Positions 29,194-39,106 are shown, counted from the first letter of the stretch. The stretch: DNA of 64,000 bases from Candidatus Omnitrophota bacterium (GCA_043823435.1 JBDRAV010000002.1:61755-125754), one strand, 5' to 3'. Made by a program: numbers and translations. The notes: generated by a model not told the origin, from the letters alone.

Positions 29194-29221
29194 CTGATTT
29201 CTAGGAGCCAGGCCAGACATA

Positions 29222-30475
29222 ATGATCAGGTATATAAAAAGAATAGATACATTTGGCAGGAACATAATCCTTGTTTTTCTGGGTTCATCATTAGTGAACG
29301 TATTTAATCTTCTTTTTCAGCTTTTGCTAGCCCACCGTATGTCCAGCGTAGATTTTGCCGGCTTTAGCTCCTTGCTTGCCATATTCACGCTTATATCCGC
29401 TCCGCTGATAACCCTGCAGACAGCGGTAACCAAATATACTGCCGAGTTCAGCGCCCAGAAAAATATCAGGAAGATCAGGGCTTTATTATCCAGTCTTCTT
29501 AGAATGATATTACCTCTTGCCCTTGTAACTTTCATCATCTTCTATTTTCTCTCTTTCGGTATCATGGACAGATTAAAGATCCCTTCCGTAATTGCGGGGT
29601 ATATTCTAGCCTTATTGATCACATCTTGCTGGATCACGCCGGTTTTGACAGGCGCATTGCAGGGCCTTGAATTATTCAAATGGCTGATGTTGCAGTCGGT
29701 AATCAGCGGGGCGGCTAAATTGGTATTCGGAGTTATATTTATCGGTATGGGTTTTAATATCGCGGGGGGGCTGGGCGCGTTCCTGGCGGCGATACTGATC
29801 GGGATACTCATTTCAGTTTTCCCCTTAAAAACCATGCTTTCATTCAGGAAGAAAGAGGAATCCGTAAATTTAAAAGAATTCTTTATCTATCTTGCTCCGG
29901 TAGCTACGGGCTCTTTTTGTTTTATCGCCCTGGTAAGTCTCGATATGGTATTGGTAAAATACCTTTTTACGCCGGTTGATGCGGGTTTTTATTCTCTGGC
30001 ACAAATAGTCGGAAAGATCTTTTTATTTTTCCCGGGAGCGATAACCATTGTAATGTTCCCCAGGACCGCAGGGTTAAAGGCAAAAAACATGTCTACCGGA
30101 TCCACCCTGATGAGGTCGCTTCTATACGCCTCTGTCTTATGCGTTATCGCGAATATCGCATATAATCTTTTCCCATCTTTTATCCTGAAGCTCCTTACCG
30201 GAAAAATATACGGGGAATCCGTTGCGCTGGGCAGACTCTTCGGGGTATCGATGAGCTTTTTTGCTCTCTCCTTTATTTTAATAAATTATTTTCTTTCGGT
30301 AAAAGACCTGCGTTTTATGAAATACCTGGTTCTATCCACGTTATTGGAGCCATTAGCTATAGTTTTGTTCCATAGAAATCTTATGTACGTGCAATTGATA
30401 CTCTGCGTGAATTCGGCTTTACTCTTTTTCACCCATTTATTACTGGCTTACAAAAGAGAGGCTGTCCCCGGATAA
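29222..30475 (+). CDS. Polysaccharide biosynthesis protein / lipid-linked oligosaccharide flippase (Wzx-like, MOP superfamily)
   Basis: About 12 predicted TM helices, 417 aa, Wzx-like hydrophobicity pattern; first gene of the glycan locus. Confidence 0.65.
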   Translation: MIRYIKRIDTFGRNIILVFLGSSLVNVFNLLFQLLLAHRMSSVDFAGFSSLLAIFTLISAPLITLQTAVTKYTAEFSAQKNIRKIRALLSSLLRMILPLALVTFIIFYFLSFGIMDRLKIPSVIAGYILALLITSCWITPVLTGALQGLELFKWLMLQSVISGAAKLVFGVIFIGMGFNIAGGLGAFLAAILIGILISVFPLKTMLSFRKKEESVNLKEFFIYLAPVATGSFCFIALVSLDMVLVKYLFTPVDAGFYSLAQIVGKIFLFFPGAITIVMFPRTAGLKAKNMSTGSTLMRSLLYASVLCVIANIAYNLFPSFILKLLTGKIYGESVALGRLFGVSMSFFALSFILINYFLSVKDLRFMKYLVLSTLLEPLAIVLFHRNLMYVQLILCVNSALLFFTHLLLAYKREAVPG

Positions 30476-30487
30476 AAGGTATAGGAC

Positions 30488-31270
30488 ATGAAAGAAAAGA
30501 TATCTATAGTTATGCCGGCATACAACGAGGGGGGACATATTATATCCAGCATAGAGGAGACGGTAGGAGCATTTAACGGTTTCGGTTATCCCTGGGAGCT
30601 CGTCGTGATGGATGACGGGTCAACGGACGATACTTATGAAAAAGCGAACTCCCTGGCCTCAAAGTATCCTCAGCTTGTAGTCAAAAGGAACCCCGTGAAT
30701 ACCGGTAAAGGCAGAGCGATCAAGAAAGCCCTGCATTATATCACCGGAGATTATACCCTCTTTTTAGATGCGGATATGGACCTGCATCCTGTCCAGGTCC
30801 AGACTCTCTTTGATATCATGGGCCTGGATAAAGCGGATATAGTCATTGGTTCCAAGCTGCATCCGAATTCTAGGGTGAATTATCCCCTACAGCGTAAGGT
30901 AATTAGTTTCTTGTATTATTTACTGGTAAAGATCCTCTTTAACCTGCCGTGTCACGATACGCAGACAGGACTAAAGTTATTTAAGACCGAAGTATTAAGG
31001 AATGTGTTGCCCCGGGTCTTGGTAAAAAAGTTCGCCTTTGATTTAGAAGTTTTGGTAAACGCGCATCATTTAGGATACAAGATTGTGGAAGCGCCTATAA
31101 TCCTGAAGCCTCAGAGGTCTTACGGCCGTATCGGGCCTACAGCGCTTATCGCTACGGGGTGGGACACCCTGGCAATATTTTACAGGATGCATATAGCGAA
31201 ATATTATGACCGTATCGATTATCATCGCCGTAAAAACCTGGCAAAAGAATTTAGAAGAGTGCGTCGCTAA
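30488..31270 (+). CDS. Family 2 glycosyltransferase, polyprenyl-phosphate sugar synthase-like (Dpm1/GtrB/ArnC-type)
   Basis: SIVMPAYNEGGHI, VVMDDGSTDDT, DAD motif (LDADMDLHP); 260 aa. Confidence 0.75.
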   Translation: MKEKISIVMPAYNEGGHIISSIEETVGAFNGFGYPWELVVMDDGSTDDTYEKANSLASKYPQLVVKRNPVNTGKGRAIKKALHYITGDYTLFLDADMDLHPVQVQTLFDIMGLDKADIVIGSKLHPNSRVNYPLQRKVISFLYYLLVKILFNLPCHDTQTGLKLFKTEVLRNVLPRVLVKKFAFDLEVLVNAHHLGYKIVEAPIILKPQRSYGRIGPTALIATGWDTLAIFYRMHIAKYYDRIDYHRRKNLAKEFRRVRR

Positions 31271-32198
31271 ATGCCGGGAACTGGATTATCCTGATTTTGA
31301 GATCATCGTCTTACCGGATACCGAAAAGGGACTGTCCCCGCAGATGCTGAACCAATTAGAAGCCAAGGGGACTGTCCCTATAAAGGTTATCGCCACTGGT
31401 CCAGTAAGCCCGGCGAAAAAGAGGGATATGGCCGTTAGTTATGCCAAAGGGGAGATACTCGCGTTTATCGATGATGATGCTTATCCCGGGGAGGACTGGC
31501 TTAAAAACGCAATCGTTAATTTCAACGACCCGGAAACGGCGGTTGTGGGCGGCCCTGCGATAACGCCGGTAAGCGACAGCCTGAGGCAGAAAGCCAGCGG
31601 TATGGTCTATTCATCAATTCTGGTCAGCGGGGAATACGTTTATAGATATATACCCGGAAGGAGAAAGGAAGTGGACGATTACCCCAGCTCTAATTTCTTG
31701 GTCCGTAAGTCAACGATGCAGCAATTGGGGGGTTTTAACACAAATTTCTGGCCGGGAGAGGACACAAAATTATGCCTTGAGATAACCAGGGAACTGGGCA
31801 AGAAGATAATTTACGACCCGCAGGCCGTCGTTTACCACCACCGCCGGCCTTTATTCCTGGCACACGCAAGGCAGATAGCCAGCTACGCGCTTCACCGCGG
31901 ATATTTTGTCAAACGCTACCCCGGGACCTCCCTGAGACCGGCTTATTTTATCCCGACATTATTTTTATTCGGCATATTCCTGGGAGCGGCTTTATCGGTA
32001 TTCTTTGCTCCTTTCAGGATAGACTATATCCTGGGATTGATTTTATATCTTTCCCTTGTTTTGCTATCCAGTATCCCCAGAGGCTTACGTTTCATCCCGT
32101 ACGTATTCTGCGGAATAGTTTTGACCCATATCACTTACGGTCTATATTTCTTAAAAGGATTGATCTCGGGTAAACTCAAAGAAGAGGAAAGGGCATGA
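31206..32198 (+). CDS. Family 2 glycosyltransferase with C-terminal transmembrane helices (true start may be downstream of the 65-nt overlap)
   Basis: IIIAVKT..., DDD (FIDDDAY), C-terminal multi-TM region. Confidence 0.7.
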   Translation: MTVSIIIAVKTWQKNLEECVAKCRELDYPDFEIIVLPDTEKGLSPQMLNQLEAKGTVPIKVIATGPVSPAKKRDMAVSYAKGEILAFIDDDAYPGEDWLKNAIVNFNDPETAVVGGPAITPVSDSLRQKASGMVYSSILVSGEYVYRYIPGRRKEVDDYPSSNFLVRKSTMQQLGGFNTNFWPGEDTKLCLEITRELGKKIIYDPQAVVYHHRRPLFLAHARQIASYALHRGYFVKRYPGTSLRPAYFIPTLFLFGIFLGAALSVFFAPFRIDYILGLILYLSLVLLSSIPRGLRFIPYVFCGIVLTHITYGLYFLKGLISGKLKEEERA

Positions 32199-33769
32199 AG
32201 GTAATTATCTCTTATCCGCCTTTAAACAGCAGCGACGGCTATCCTACCCTGGGGCAGAACCGCCAGTTCCAATTCTTTAAAGAGCCGACCTACATATATC
32301 CGGTCATCCCCGCAACCGCGGCCACTCTCCTTGAGGGCGCAGGGCATCAGGTTATCTGGAATGATTGTATCGCGCAGGGATGGGATTACGGGCAGTTCCT
32401 TGAATTTATAAAAACAGAGAAACCGGAGTTGATCGCTTTTGAAACAAAGACTCCGGTAGTCAAGCAGCACTGGAAAATAATTAATGATATAAAGGGACTG
32501 TTCCCCACAGGAGGTGGAGTACCAAACCATCAGATAGGTTTGGGTGCCTACGCAGAAACCAAAGGGACTCTTCCTGTGGTTGTCCTCTTCGGCGACCACG
32601 TGACCGCCCTACCCGAGGAATCATTTCAGAACAGCCTGGTTGATTTTGTGCTTACCGGCGGCGATTACGATTTTCTTTTATTGAATTTATGTAACTTTCT
32701 TGCTATGAAGGGTCTGTCCCCGAAGGGGACTGACCCTGAAGTTAGAACCAAGAGGACTGTCCCTGTAGATATTGAACTCGAACCGGGAATCTATTACCGC
32801 GAGAACGGCCAGATTAAAAATACGGGCGTTTTCCAACTTGGCCATGACCTGGATTCTCTGCCGTTTATCGACCGTAACCTTACAGACTGGCAATCTTACG
32901 CCTACAAAAACGGAAACTACAAACGGACTCCAGGCACATATATTATGAGCGGCAGGGATTGCTGGTGGGGGAGTTGTACTTTCTGTTCCTGGCCGCAGTT
33001 GTATCCACGGTTTAGAAGGCGCAACACAGAAAATGTCCTGGAGGAGATCGGGCGGCTGATCCAGGAATGCGGAGTTCGCGAGATAATGGATGACACGGGT
33101 ACGTTTCCCGCGGGCGAATGGTTAAGGGATTTCTGCTGCGGGATGATTAAGCGCGGTTATAATAAGAAAATATTTTTTGACTGCAATATGCGTTTCGGCG
33201 CATTATCCGCAGAAGACTTCTCTTTGATGAAAAAGGCAAATTTCCGTTTACTCCTCTTTGGCCTTGAATCAGCTAATCAAAATACTCTCGATAGGCTCAA
33301 AAAAAACCTGAAAGCGGAGAAGATCGTAGAAGACTGTCGTCTGGCTACTAAAGCAGGATTATACCCGCATATTACAATTATGTTCGGCTACCCTTGGGAA
33401 ACCTATGATGATGCGCTGAAGACGGTCAAGCTGGGTAGGTGGTTGTTGAGGAAGGGGTATGCCTATACCATGCAGGCGACAGTAGCCATACCATACCCGG
33501 GCACCCAGCTTTTTGATGAGTGTAGGCGTGAGGGGCTGCTCAATACCCTGGATTGGGATGACTATGATATGAAATTACCGGTGATGAAGACACGGATCGG
33601 GGATGATAAGATCATGGATCTGGTCCAGAGCATGTACAGGGCATCTTTTCATCCGGAATTTATATTGAGAAAGATCTTGTCCTTAAGAGATATAGATGAC
33701 CTGAAATATTATTTGCGCGCAGCAAAAAAAGTGGCCGGCCATATCTTTGACTTTAAACATAAAACTTAG
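32195..33769 (+). CDS. B12-binding-domain radical SAM protein
   Basis: N-terminal cobalamin-binding-like domain; Cys cluster CWWGSCTFC; radical SAM core; 524 aa. Confidence 0.75.
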   Translation: MKVIISYPPLNSSDGYPTLGQNRQFQFFKEPTYIYPVIPATAATLLEGAGHQVIWNDCIAQGWDYGQFLEFIKTEKPELIAFETKTPVVKQHWKIINDIKGLFPTGGGVPNHQIGLGAYAETKGTLPVVVLFGDHVTALPEESFQNSLVDFVLTGGDYDFLLLNLCNFLAMKGLSPKGTDPEVRTKRTVPVDIELEPGIYYRENGQIKNTGVFQLGHDLDSLPFIDRNLTDWQSYAYKNGNYKRTPGTYIMSGRDCWWGSCTFCSWPQLYPRFRRRNTENVLEEIGRLIQECGVREIMDDTGTFPAGEWLRDFCCGMIKRGYNKKIFFDCNMRFGALSAEDFSLMKKANFRLLLFGLESANQNTLDRLKKNLKAEKIVEDCRLATKAGLYPHITIMFGYPWETYDDALKTVKLGRWLLRKGYAYTMQATVAIPYPGTQLFDECRREGLLNTLDWDDYDMKLPVMKTRIGDDKIMDLVQSMYRASFHPEFILRKILSLRDIDDLKYYLRAAKKVAGHIFDFKHKT

Positions 33770-34030
33770 ATGTCCTGGAGAATAATCGGATTAGCGGCGG
33801 CTACATTAACCATGTTTTCATTTATCCCGCAGATAGTGAAAGTCTCAAAGAACAAGTCTGCCAGGGACGTGAGTCTGGTTACGCTGCTTCAGTTATCTCT
33901 GGGGGTGTCGCTCTGGATCATCTACGGAGTGTACCTGAAAGATACGATTATCATCGGAGCCAATACCATAACACTGTTGAGCCTTATTGTATTATTATAC
34001 CTTTATTTTAATTACAGAACGAAAGAATAA
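33770..34030 (+). CDS. SemiSWEET / PQ-loop (MtN3-like) 3-TM membrane protein
   Basis: 86 aa, three hydrophobic helices, conserved PQ motif (FSFIPQIVKV); starts 1 nt after the rSAM stop. Confidence 0.65.
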   Translation: MSWRIIGLAAATLTMFSFIPQIVKVSKNKSARDVSLVTLLQLSLGVSLWIIYGVYLKDTIIIGANTITLLSLIVLLYLYFNYRTKE

Positions 34031-34035
34031 TTTAT

Positions 34036-35025
34036 ATGGCGCTACCCGCTATAAGCATTATCATACCAACCTTAAACTCGGAACGCACGCTTCGGGAGTG
34101 CCTCAACAGCATAAGAGAACAGGCTTATCCTCAAGGAGAGCTTGAGATAATCATTATTGACGGCGGTTCCCTGGACTCTACTTTGGAGATCGCGCAAAGT
34201 CTCGGGGCTACGGTTATAAAGGAGCCCGGCAGGAAGGATAACCCCGAGGCAAGAAAGGCTATAGGTTTAAGTAAGGCATCTAATAAGTTCGTGGCTTTTA
34301 TTGACTCTGACAATATCCTTCCGCATAAAGATTGGCTGAAGGCGATGGTTGAGCCGCTGGTAAATAACGACAGGATCGTTGGCAGTCAGCCATTGCGTTA
34401 CCAGTATGATAAAAAAATGACCCTCCTGAATAGATATTTTGCGCTTTTCGGAGTAAATGACCCAATCGCTTATTATTTCAATAAACGCGACAGGCTCTCC
34501 TGGGCGGAGGATGGCTGGCGCATGATGGGGGAAGCCAGGGATAGGGGCGGTTATTATTCAGTAAGATTCACCAAAGATATGTTGCCGACCCTGGGGGCTA
34601 ATGGTTTTCTGGCGAGAAAAGATATTCTGCTTAAGGCCAAGGTGGCACCGGATGAATTTTTCCACATAGACGTGAATTACGACCTGGTAAGCCAGGGTTA
34701 TGACGAATACGCCATAATCAAAGACACCATAATTCATCTTAGCGCAGATAACTTCTTCAGCTTTCTCAAGAAAAGGATGGAGTTCATGCGGCGTTACCAC
34801 CAGCGTGATTACGGCTTACGGCGTTACAGGCTCTATGAGCCGAAGGATAAATATAAACTCATTGTTTTTATTTTATTCAGCCTGACTTTTGTAAAACCCC
34901 TATATGACAGCGTAAGGGGGTTTATAAAGATACCGGATATCGCCTGGTTTCTGCACCCGATTATGTGTTTTTCCATAGTTGCGGTCTACGGCTGGGCGAT
35001 AATAAAGGGGCTTATAATAAGATGA
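34036..35025 (+). CDS. Family 2 glycosyltransferase with C-terminal membrane anchor
   Basis: ISIIIPTLNSERTL, IIIDGGSLDST, FIDSDN; C-terminal TM helices. Confidence 0.75.
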   Translation: MALPAISIIIPTLNSERTLRECLNSIREQAYPQGELEIIIIDGGSLDSTLEIAQSLGATVIKEPGRKDNPEARKAIGLSKASNKFVAFIDSDNILPHKDWLKAMVEPLVNNDRIVGSQPLRYQYDKKMTLLNRYFALFGVNDPIAYYFNKRDRLSWAEDGWRMMGEARDRGGYYSVRFTKDMLPTLGANGFLARKDILLKAKVAPDEFFHIDVNYDLVSQGYDEYAIIKDTIIHLSADNFFSFLKKRMEFMRRYHQRDYGLRRYRLYEPKDKYKLIVFILFSLTFVKPLYDSVRGFIKIPDIAWFLHPIMCFSIVAVYGWAIIKGLIIR

Positions 35026-36155
35026 GATCCGTGCTGATCATCACACCGTCTTTTCTCCCCGAGATCGGAGGCGTTGAGACGCGTTTCAACGATATATGCA
35101 ATGAACTGGATAAGAGGGGGTATATCGTTACTGTCTTGACCTACCAGCCCCTTATAACGTCTGCAAAAGGTTTGCCGATAGAAAAGAAGGGCAACATTAC
35201 CATATACAGGACTCCATGGATAGGATTTGATCTATTCCATAAATTAAAGCCTTATCCTATCCTGCAGGCGCTTTATCTATGTCCTGCGTTACTATTAAGG
35301 TCCCTGATATTCATGATAAAGAAACGCACCGCGATAAATGTCATACATACGGCGGGATTCAGTTCCGCATTGATCGGAAGGGTGCTTAAGGGAGTTTTTA
35401 AAAAGCGTTGGATAGTGAGCACCCATGCCATATATGATTTAAAACCCGGTTTTACCAGCAGGATGATCCGGTGGATATTGTCCGGGGCGGATGTCATCCT
35501 GACACTTTCAGAGCCTTCCAGGCAGGAGTTAATCAGGATAGGGATATCCTCCGATAAACTGATAAACCAGATAACCTGGGTCAACCAGGACCTCTTTAAA
35601 CCTTTGGATAAGGAGACATGTAAAAGAATGGTGCCGCACAAAAACAACTTTATAGTTTTGTTTGTAGGGCGCCTCTTCGAGATAAAGGGGATCAGGGATT
35701 TAGTCAGCATAGCAAGAGATACGCCATCTATTGATTATCTTTTTATAGGAGACGGCCCGTTAGCCGCCTTTTTAAAAAAAGAAGAGGGGATAGCAAAGAA
35801 CATATATTTTCTTTCCCGCGTGGAGAATGAGGAGCTTCCATTATATTATAATGCCGCTGATGCCGTAGTGATGCCTTCCCAGTATAAAGAAGGTTTGGGC
35901 AGGGTAGTGGTGGAAGCGTTATATTGCGGTACTCCGGTTATCGCCTCTAATTTAGGAGGTCTGGCATATCTTTTGGATAGCAGCGTATCAATAATGATAG
36001 AACCGGACCGGGAGAATATAAAATCGGCGATCACGGACTTATATGAACACCCTAAGAAATTGTCCCGGTTGCGCGATAATTGTCGGGAATTCGCCCTGAG
36101 GAAATTCGGATTACAGAACTTTGAAGTAATAGCCAATGCCTATAATTTAAACTGA
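35022..36155 (+). CDS. Family 4 (GT-B) glycosyltransferase
   Basis: Start ATG overlaps the upstream stop (ATGA); C-terminal E..EGLGRVVVEALYCGTPVIAS GT4 motif. Confidence 0.8.
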   Translation: MRSVLIITPSFLPEIGGVETRFNDICNELDKRGYIVTVLTYQPLITSAKGLPIEKKGNITIYRTPWIGFDLFHKLKPYPILQALYLCPALLLRSLIFMIKKRTAINVIHTAGFSSALIGRVLKGVFKKRWIVSTHAIYDLKPGFTSRMIRWILSGADVILTLSEPSRQELIRIGISSDKLINQITWVNQDLFKPLDKETCKRMVPHKNNFIVLFVGRLFEIKGIRDLVSIARDTPSIDYLFIGDGPLAAFLKKEEGIAKNIYFLSRVENEELPLYYNAADAVVMPSQYKEGLGRVVVEALYCGTPVIASNLGGLAYLLDSSVSIMIEPDRENIKSAITDLYEHPKKLSRLRDNCREFALRKFGLQNFEVIANAYNLN

Positions 36156-36156
36156 T

Positions 36157-37941
36157 ATGTGCGGTATAGCTGGGATTGTCTGCAAAAAAGAGAAGTTCGA
36201 TTTAGAAACCCAAATTAAGGAGATGGCCTCTATCCTTAAGAACCGCGGCCCGGATGGAGAAGGCTTTCTGTTGGATAAAAGCGAAGGCGTTTACCTCGGT
36301 CACCGGCGCCTGAGCATTATCGATCTTTCCGAAAGGGCTAACCAGCCGTTATTTAACGAGGATAAGAGCCTGGCACTTGTTTTTAACGGTGAGATATACA
36401 ACTATATAGAGCTGCGCGATGAGTTGATTGCCGGGGGGCATAAATTTATTTCTTCAACCGACTCCGAAGTATTATTGCATGGCTGGGAGGAGTGGGGCTT
36501 ATCACTTTTTGAGAAGATTAACGGGATGTTCGCTTTCTGTATTTACGACCGCGTAAAAAAGGAGATGATCCTGGCGCGGGATAATATCGGCATAAAGCCC
36601 CTGTATTACTTGGATTCCCCGGGCATATTCGCATTTGCTTCGGAATCAAGGGCGTTTTATCCTTTGCGGGGGAGATTCTGGAAGCCCGGGATAAACGACA
36701 ATATCCTCCGTCAGATGCTCTTATTCCAGTATGTGATAGATAAGGAGGAGACGTTGTATGCCCAAGTGAAAAAACTGCCTGCCGGGCACTACTTGTATTA
36801 TAAAGAAGATGCGGCTGAAGTTAAGCCGTATTGGACGGTCAGGGTGAACCCCGGTTATTCAAGGCTTAAATTTGAAGAGGCGGTTAGGGAGTGCGACGAG
36901 CAGTTTAACCGAAGCATAAAATGGCAGTTAAGATCCGATGTACCCGTAGGTATCTTATTATCCGGAGGGCTGGATTCTTCCCTGGTTACTGCAGTAGCCA
37001 CCAGGCACGCCCGGCAGGTTAATACCTTTACCGCTACCTTTGACCACAAGCTGGATGAACGCAGTTATGCCAAGAGGTGCTCTGAATACCTCGGCACAAA
37101 CCACGCGGAATTTAATATCGACCCTTTAAGCATCAATAACCGTATTGAAGAGATCATCAAATATTATGATGATCTTTCTTCGTTTGACGGTGGCGTTTTC
37201 ACTATATACCTTATGGCGGAGAAGATCAGGGAGTTCAACATAAAAGTCTTACTTGTAGGCGAAGGCTCGGATGAGTTATTCGGAGGGTATTCGTGGTTCG
37301 GTCTCTCCCAGGCGCCTTTCAGGTATATGCCGGGCATATTAAGGAGCGCGGCTTACCATTATGCGGTATCACGGCAATTCTCGGGGTGGAAGAATATAAA
37401 ACACAGCCTGTATATGCATAAGATAATTTCCGCTTTCCGTGAAAAGGATATCTTCAGGCAGGTGTCGCGTTTTGAAATTGAGCACCAGTTGCCGAACCAT
37501 TTCTTGATGAAGGTTGACCACGGGACTATGGCGCATTCTCTGGAAGCAAGGGTTCCGTATCTGGATAAAGAACTGGTAGGGCTAGCCTTCAGCCTGCCGG
37601 GAGAATTTAAATTAAAAGGAAGTTTTTTTAATTTTAATAAGAATAACGAAAAGTTTATCTTAAGGGAGGTAGCAAGAAAATACCTGCCGCCGGATATATA
37701 TGGGAGAAAAAAGAGAGGATTTTCCATCCCGATAGAGCTGGTGTTAAAGAGTAACCGGGATAAGGTGAGAGATTATCTGATTTCTTCCGGCAGCATCGCG
37801 CGCACTTTCTATTCACATAAGGAAATCGATGGCCTATTTACTTTTAAAAATAGACTGTATTCTCCGGTGCATAAGCAGAAGGAATTTATTCTATGGCGAT
37901 TATTTCTGCTGGATGTCTGGAAGCGTAACTATTTAAATTAA
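36157..37941 (+). CDS. Asparagine synthase (glutamine-hydrolysing) family amidotransferase (WbpS/AsnB-like)
   Basis: MCGIAGIV N-terminal nucleophile Cys2; SGGLDSS PP-loop. Confidence 0.85.
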   Translation: MCGIAGIVCKKEKFDLETQIKEMASILKNRGPDGEGFLLDKSEGVYLGHRRLSIIDLSERANQPLFNEDKSLALVFNGEIYNYIELRDELIAGGHKFISSTDSEVLLHGWEEWGLSLFEKINGMFAFCIYDRVKKEMILARDNIGIKPLYYLDSPGIFAFASESRAFYPLRGRFWKPGINDNILRQMLLFQYVIDKEETLYAQVKKLPAGHYLYYKEDAAEVKPYWTVRVNPGYSRLKFEEAVRECDEQFNRSIKWQLRSDVPVGILLSGGLDSSLVTAVATRHARQVNTFTATFDHKLDERSYAKRCSEYLGTNHAEFNIDPLSINNRIEEIIKYYDDLSSFDGGVFTIYLMAEKIREFNIKVLLVGEGSDELFGGYSWFGLSQAPFRYMPGILRSAAYHYAVSRQFSGWKNIKHSLYMHKIISAFREKDIFRQVSRFEIEHQLPNHFLMKVDHGTMAHSLEARVPYLDKELVGLAFSLPGEFKLKGSFFNFNKNNEKFILREVARKYLPPDIYGRKKRGFSIPIELVLKSNRDKVRDYLISSGSIARTFYSHKEIDGLFTFKNRLYSPVHKQKEFILWRLFLLDVWKRNYLN

Positions 37942-37943
37942 TC

Positions 37944-39104
37944 ATGATAGGAAAAATTATAAAAAAAATATTCTTTATCTTTTTTGCCCTTTTGCTTTCG
38001 GTGATTTTGCTGGATATCGGATTAAGGATTATAGCGGGATTACGGGAAAGGATAGATAAAGAGAATGAAGTAATCGACCCGAAGATCCTGCTTTCTTCAT
38101 TTAAGGATGTAGATTGGGCCGAGAAGTATTTCCAGGAAAATAAAGCGAGCGGTCAGGAGGATTTTTTTCCTTTTTATGAATGGAGGACAAAAGAATTCCA
38201 CGGAGAATTTATCAACGTAGATGATCAAGGCAGAAGAAAGACATGGAACCTCGAAGACCGCGATATAAAACAGAACAAGAAAATATTTTGTTTTGGCGGT
38301 TCAACAATGTGGGGGCACGGAGTACGCGACGACTTTACTATCCCGTCGCTTCTATCCAGGAGGTTCGCTGAGGACCGGCGTAGCGACCTTTATTTTGTAA
38401 ATTATGGAGAGAATGCCTATACATTTACCCAGGAGTTAATTTATCTGATTTTATTGTTGAAGAAAGGAATAGTGCCTGATTACGTGATTTTTTACGACGG
38501 CGTAAACGAATGCCTTTCGGCTGCGCAGAATAAGAAAGCGGGCTTGACCATTAATCTAAACGATATGCGGGAGAAGCTACATTATAAGAAGCCTTCGTAT
38601 ATCCAGATGTTCCTTAAGGGTTTAAGCGGGATAATCGAACGTGACAGCCAGTTAATTAAATTAGTCAAAGGCCTCAGGGATAAATACGGAAAGAATAATA
38701 TAGGTAAGGATGATATTGATCCGATCGTGTCTAATGAGGAGGTGGAGTCTCTCGCGATGGACGTGGTGTCGGATTACAAGAGTAATGTTGATTTGCTTGA
38801 GCGCCTTTCTTCAAGCTATGGGTTTAAATATTTCTTATTCTGGCAGCCGGCAGTATTCCTGACGGACCCACTCACCGAAGAAGAAAAAAGTTTTGATTTA
38901 TGGCAGGACCGCTTCCTAGTTGAATTATACAAACAGACTTATAATAGGATCCGGCAGGAAGCAGGGTTGCTGAATTCTTTTGACCTGTCCCCTCTTCTGG
39001 ATAATAAAAATAAATCTCTGTATATTGATTTCTGTCATCTTAATGAAGAAGGAAACGCAATTATTGCCGAGCAGGTATATACTGTTTTAAAGGATAAATT
39101 ATAA
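37944..39104 (+). CDS. Membrane-anchored hypothetical protein, possible SGNH/GDSL-like hydrolase or acyltransferase
   Basis: N-terminal TM helix; IFCFGGSTMWGHG resembles the GDS(L) block I of SGNH hydrolases; weak. Confidence 0.35.
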   Translation: MIGKIIKKIFFIFFALLLSVILLDIGLRIIAGLRERIDKENEVIDPKILLSSFKDVDWAEKYFQENKASGQEDFFPFYEWRTKEFHGEFINVDDQGRRKTWNLEDRDIKQNKKIFCFGGSTMWGHGVRDDFTIPSLLSRRFAEDRRSDLYFVNYGENAYTFTQELIYLILLLKKGIVPDYVIFYDGVNECLSAAQNKKAGLTINLNDMREKLHYKKPSYIQMFLKGLSGIIERDSQLIKLVKGLRDKYGKNNIGKDDIDPIVSNEEVESLAMDVVSDYKSNVDLLERLSSSYGFKYFLFWQPAVFLTDPLTEEEKSFDLWQDRFLVELYKQTYNRIRQEAGLLNSFDLSPLLDNKNKSLYIDFCHLNEEGNAIIAEQVYTVLKDKL

Positions 39105-39106
39105 GC

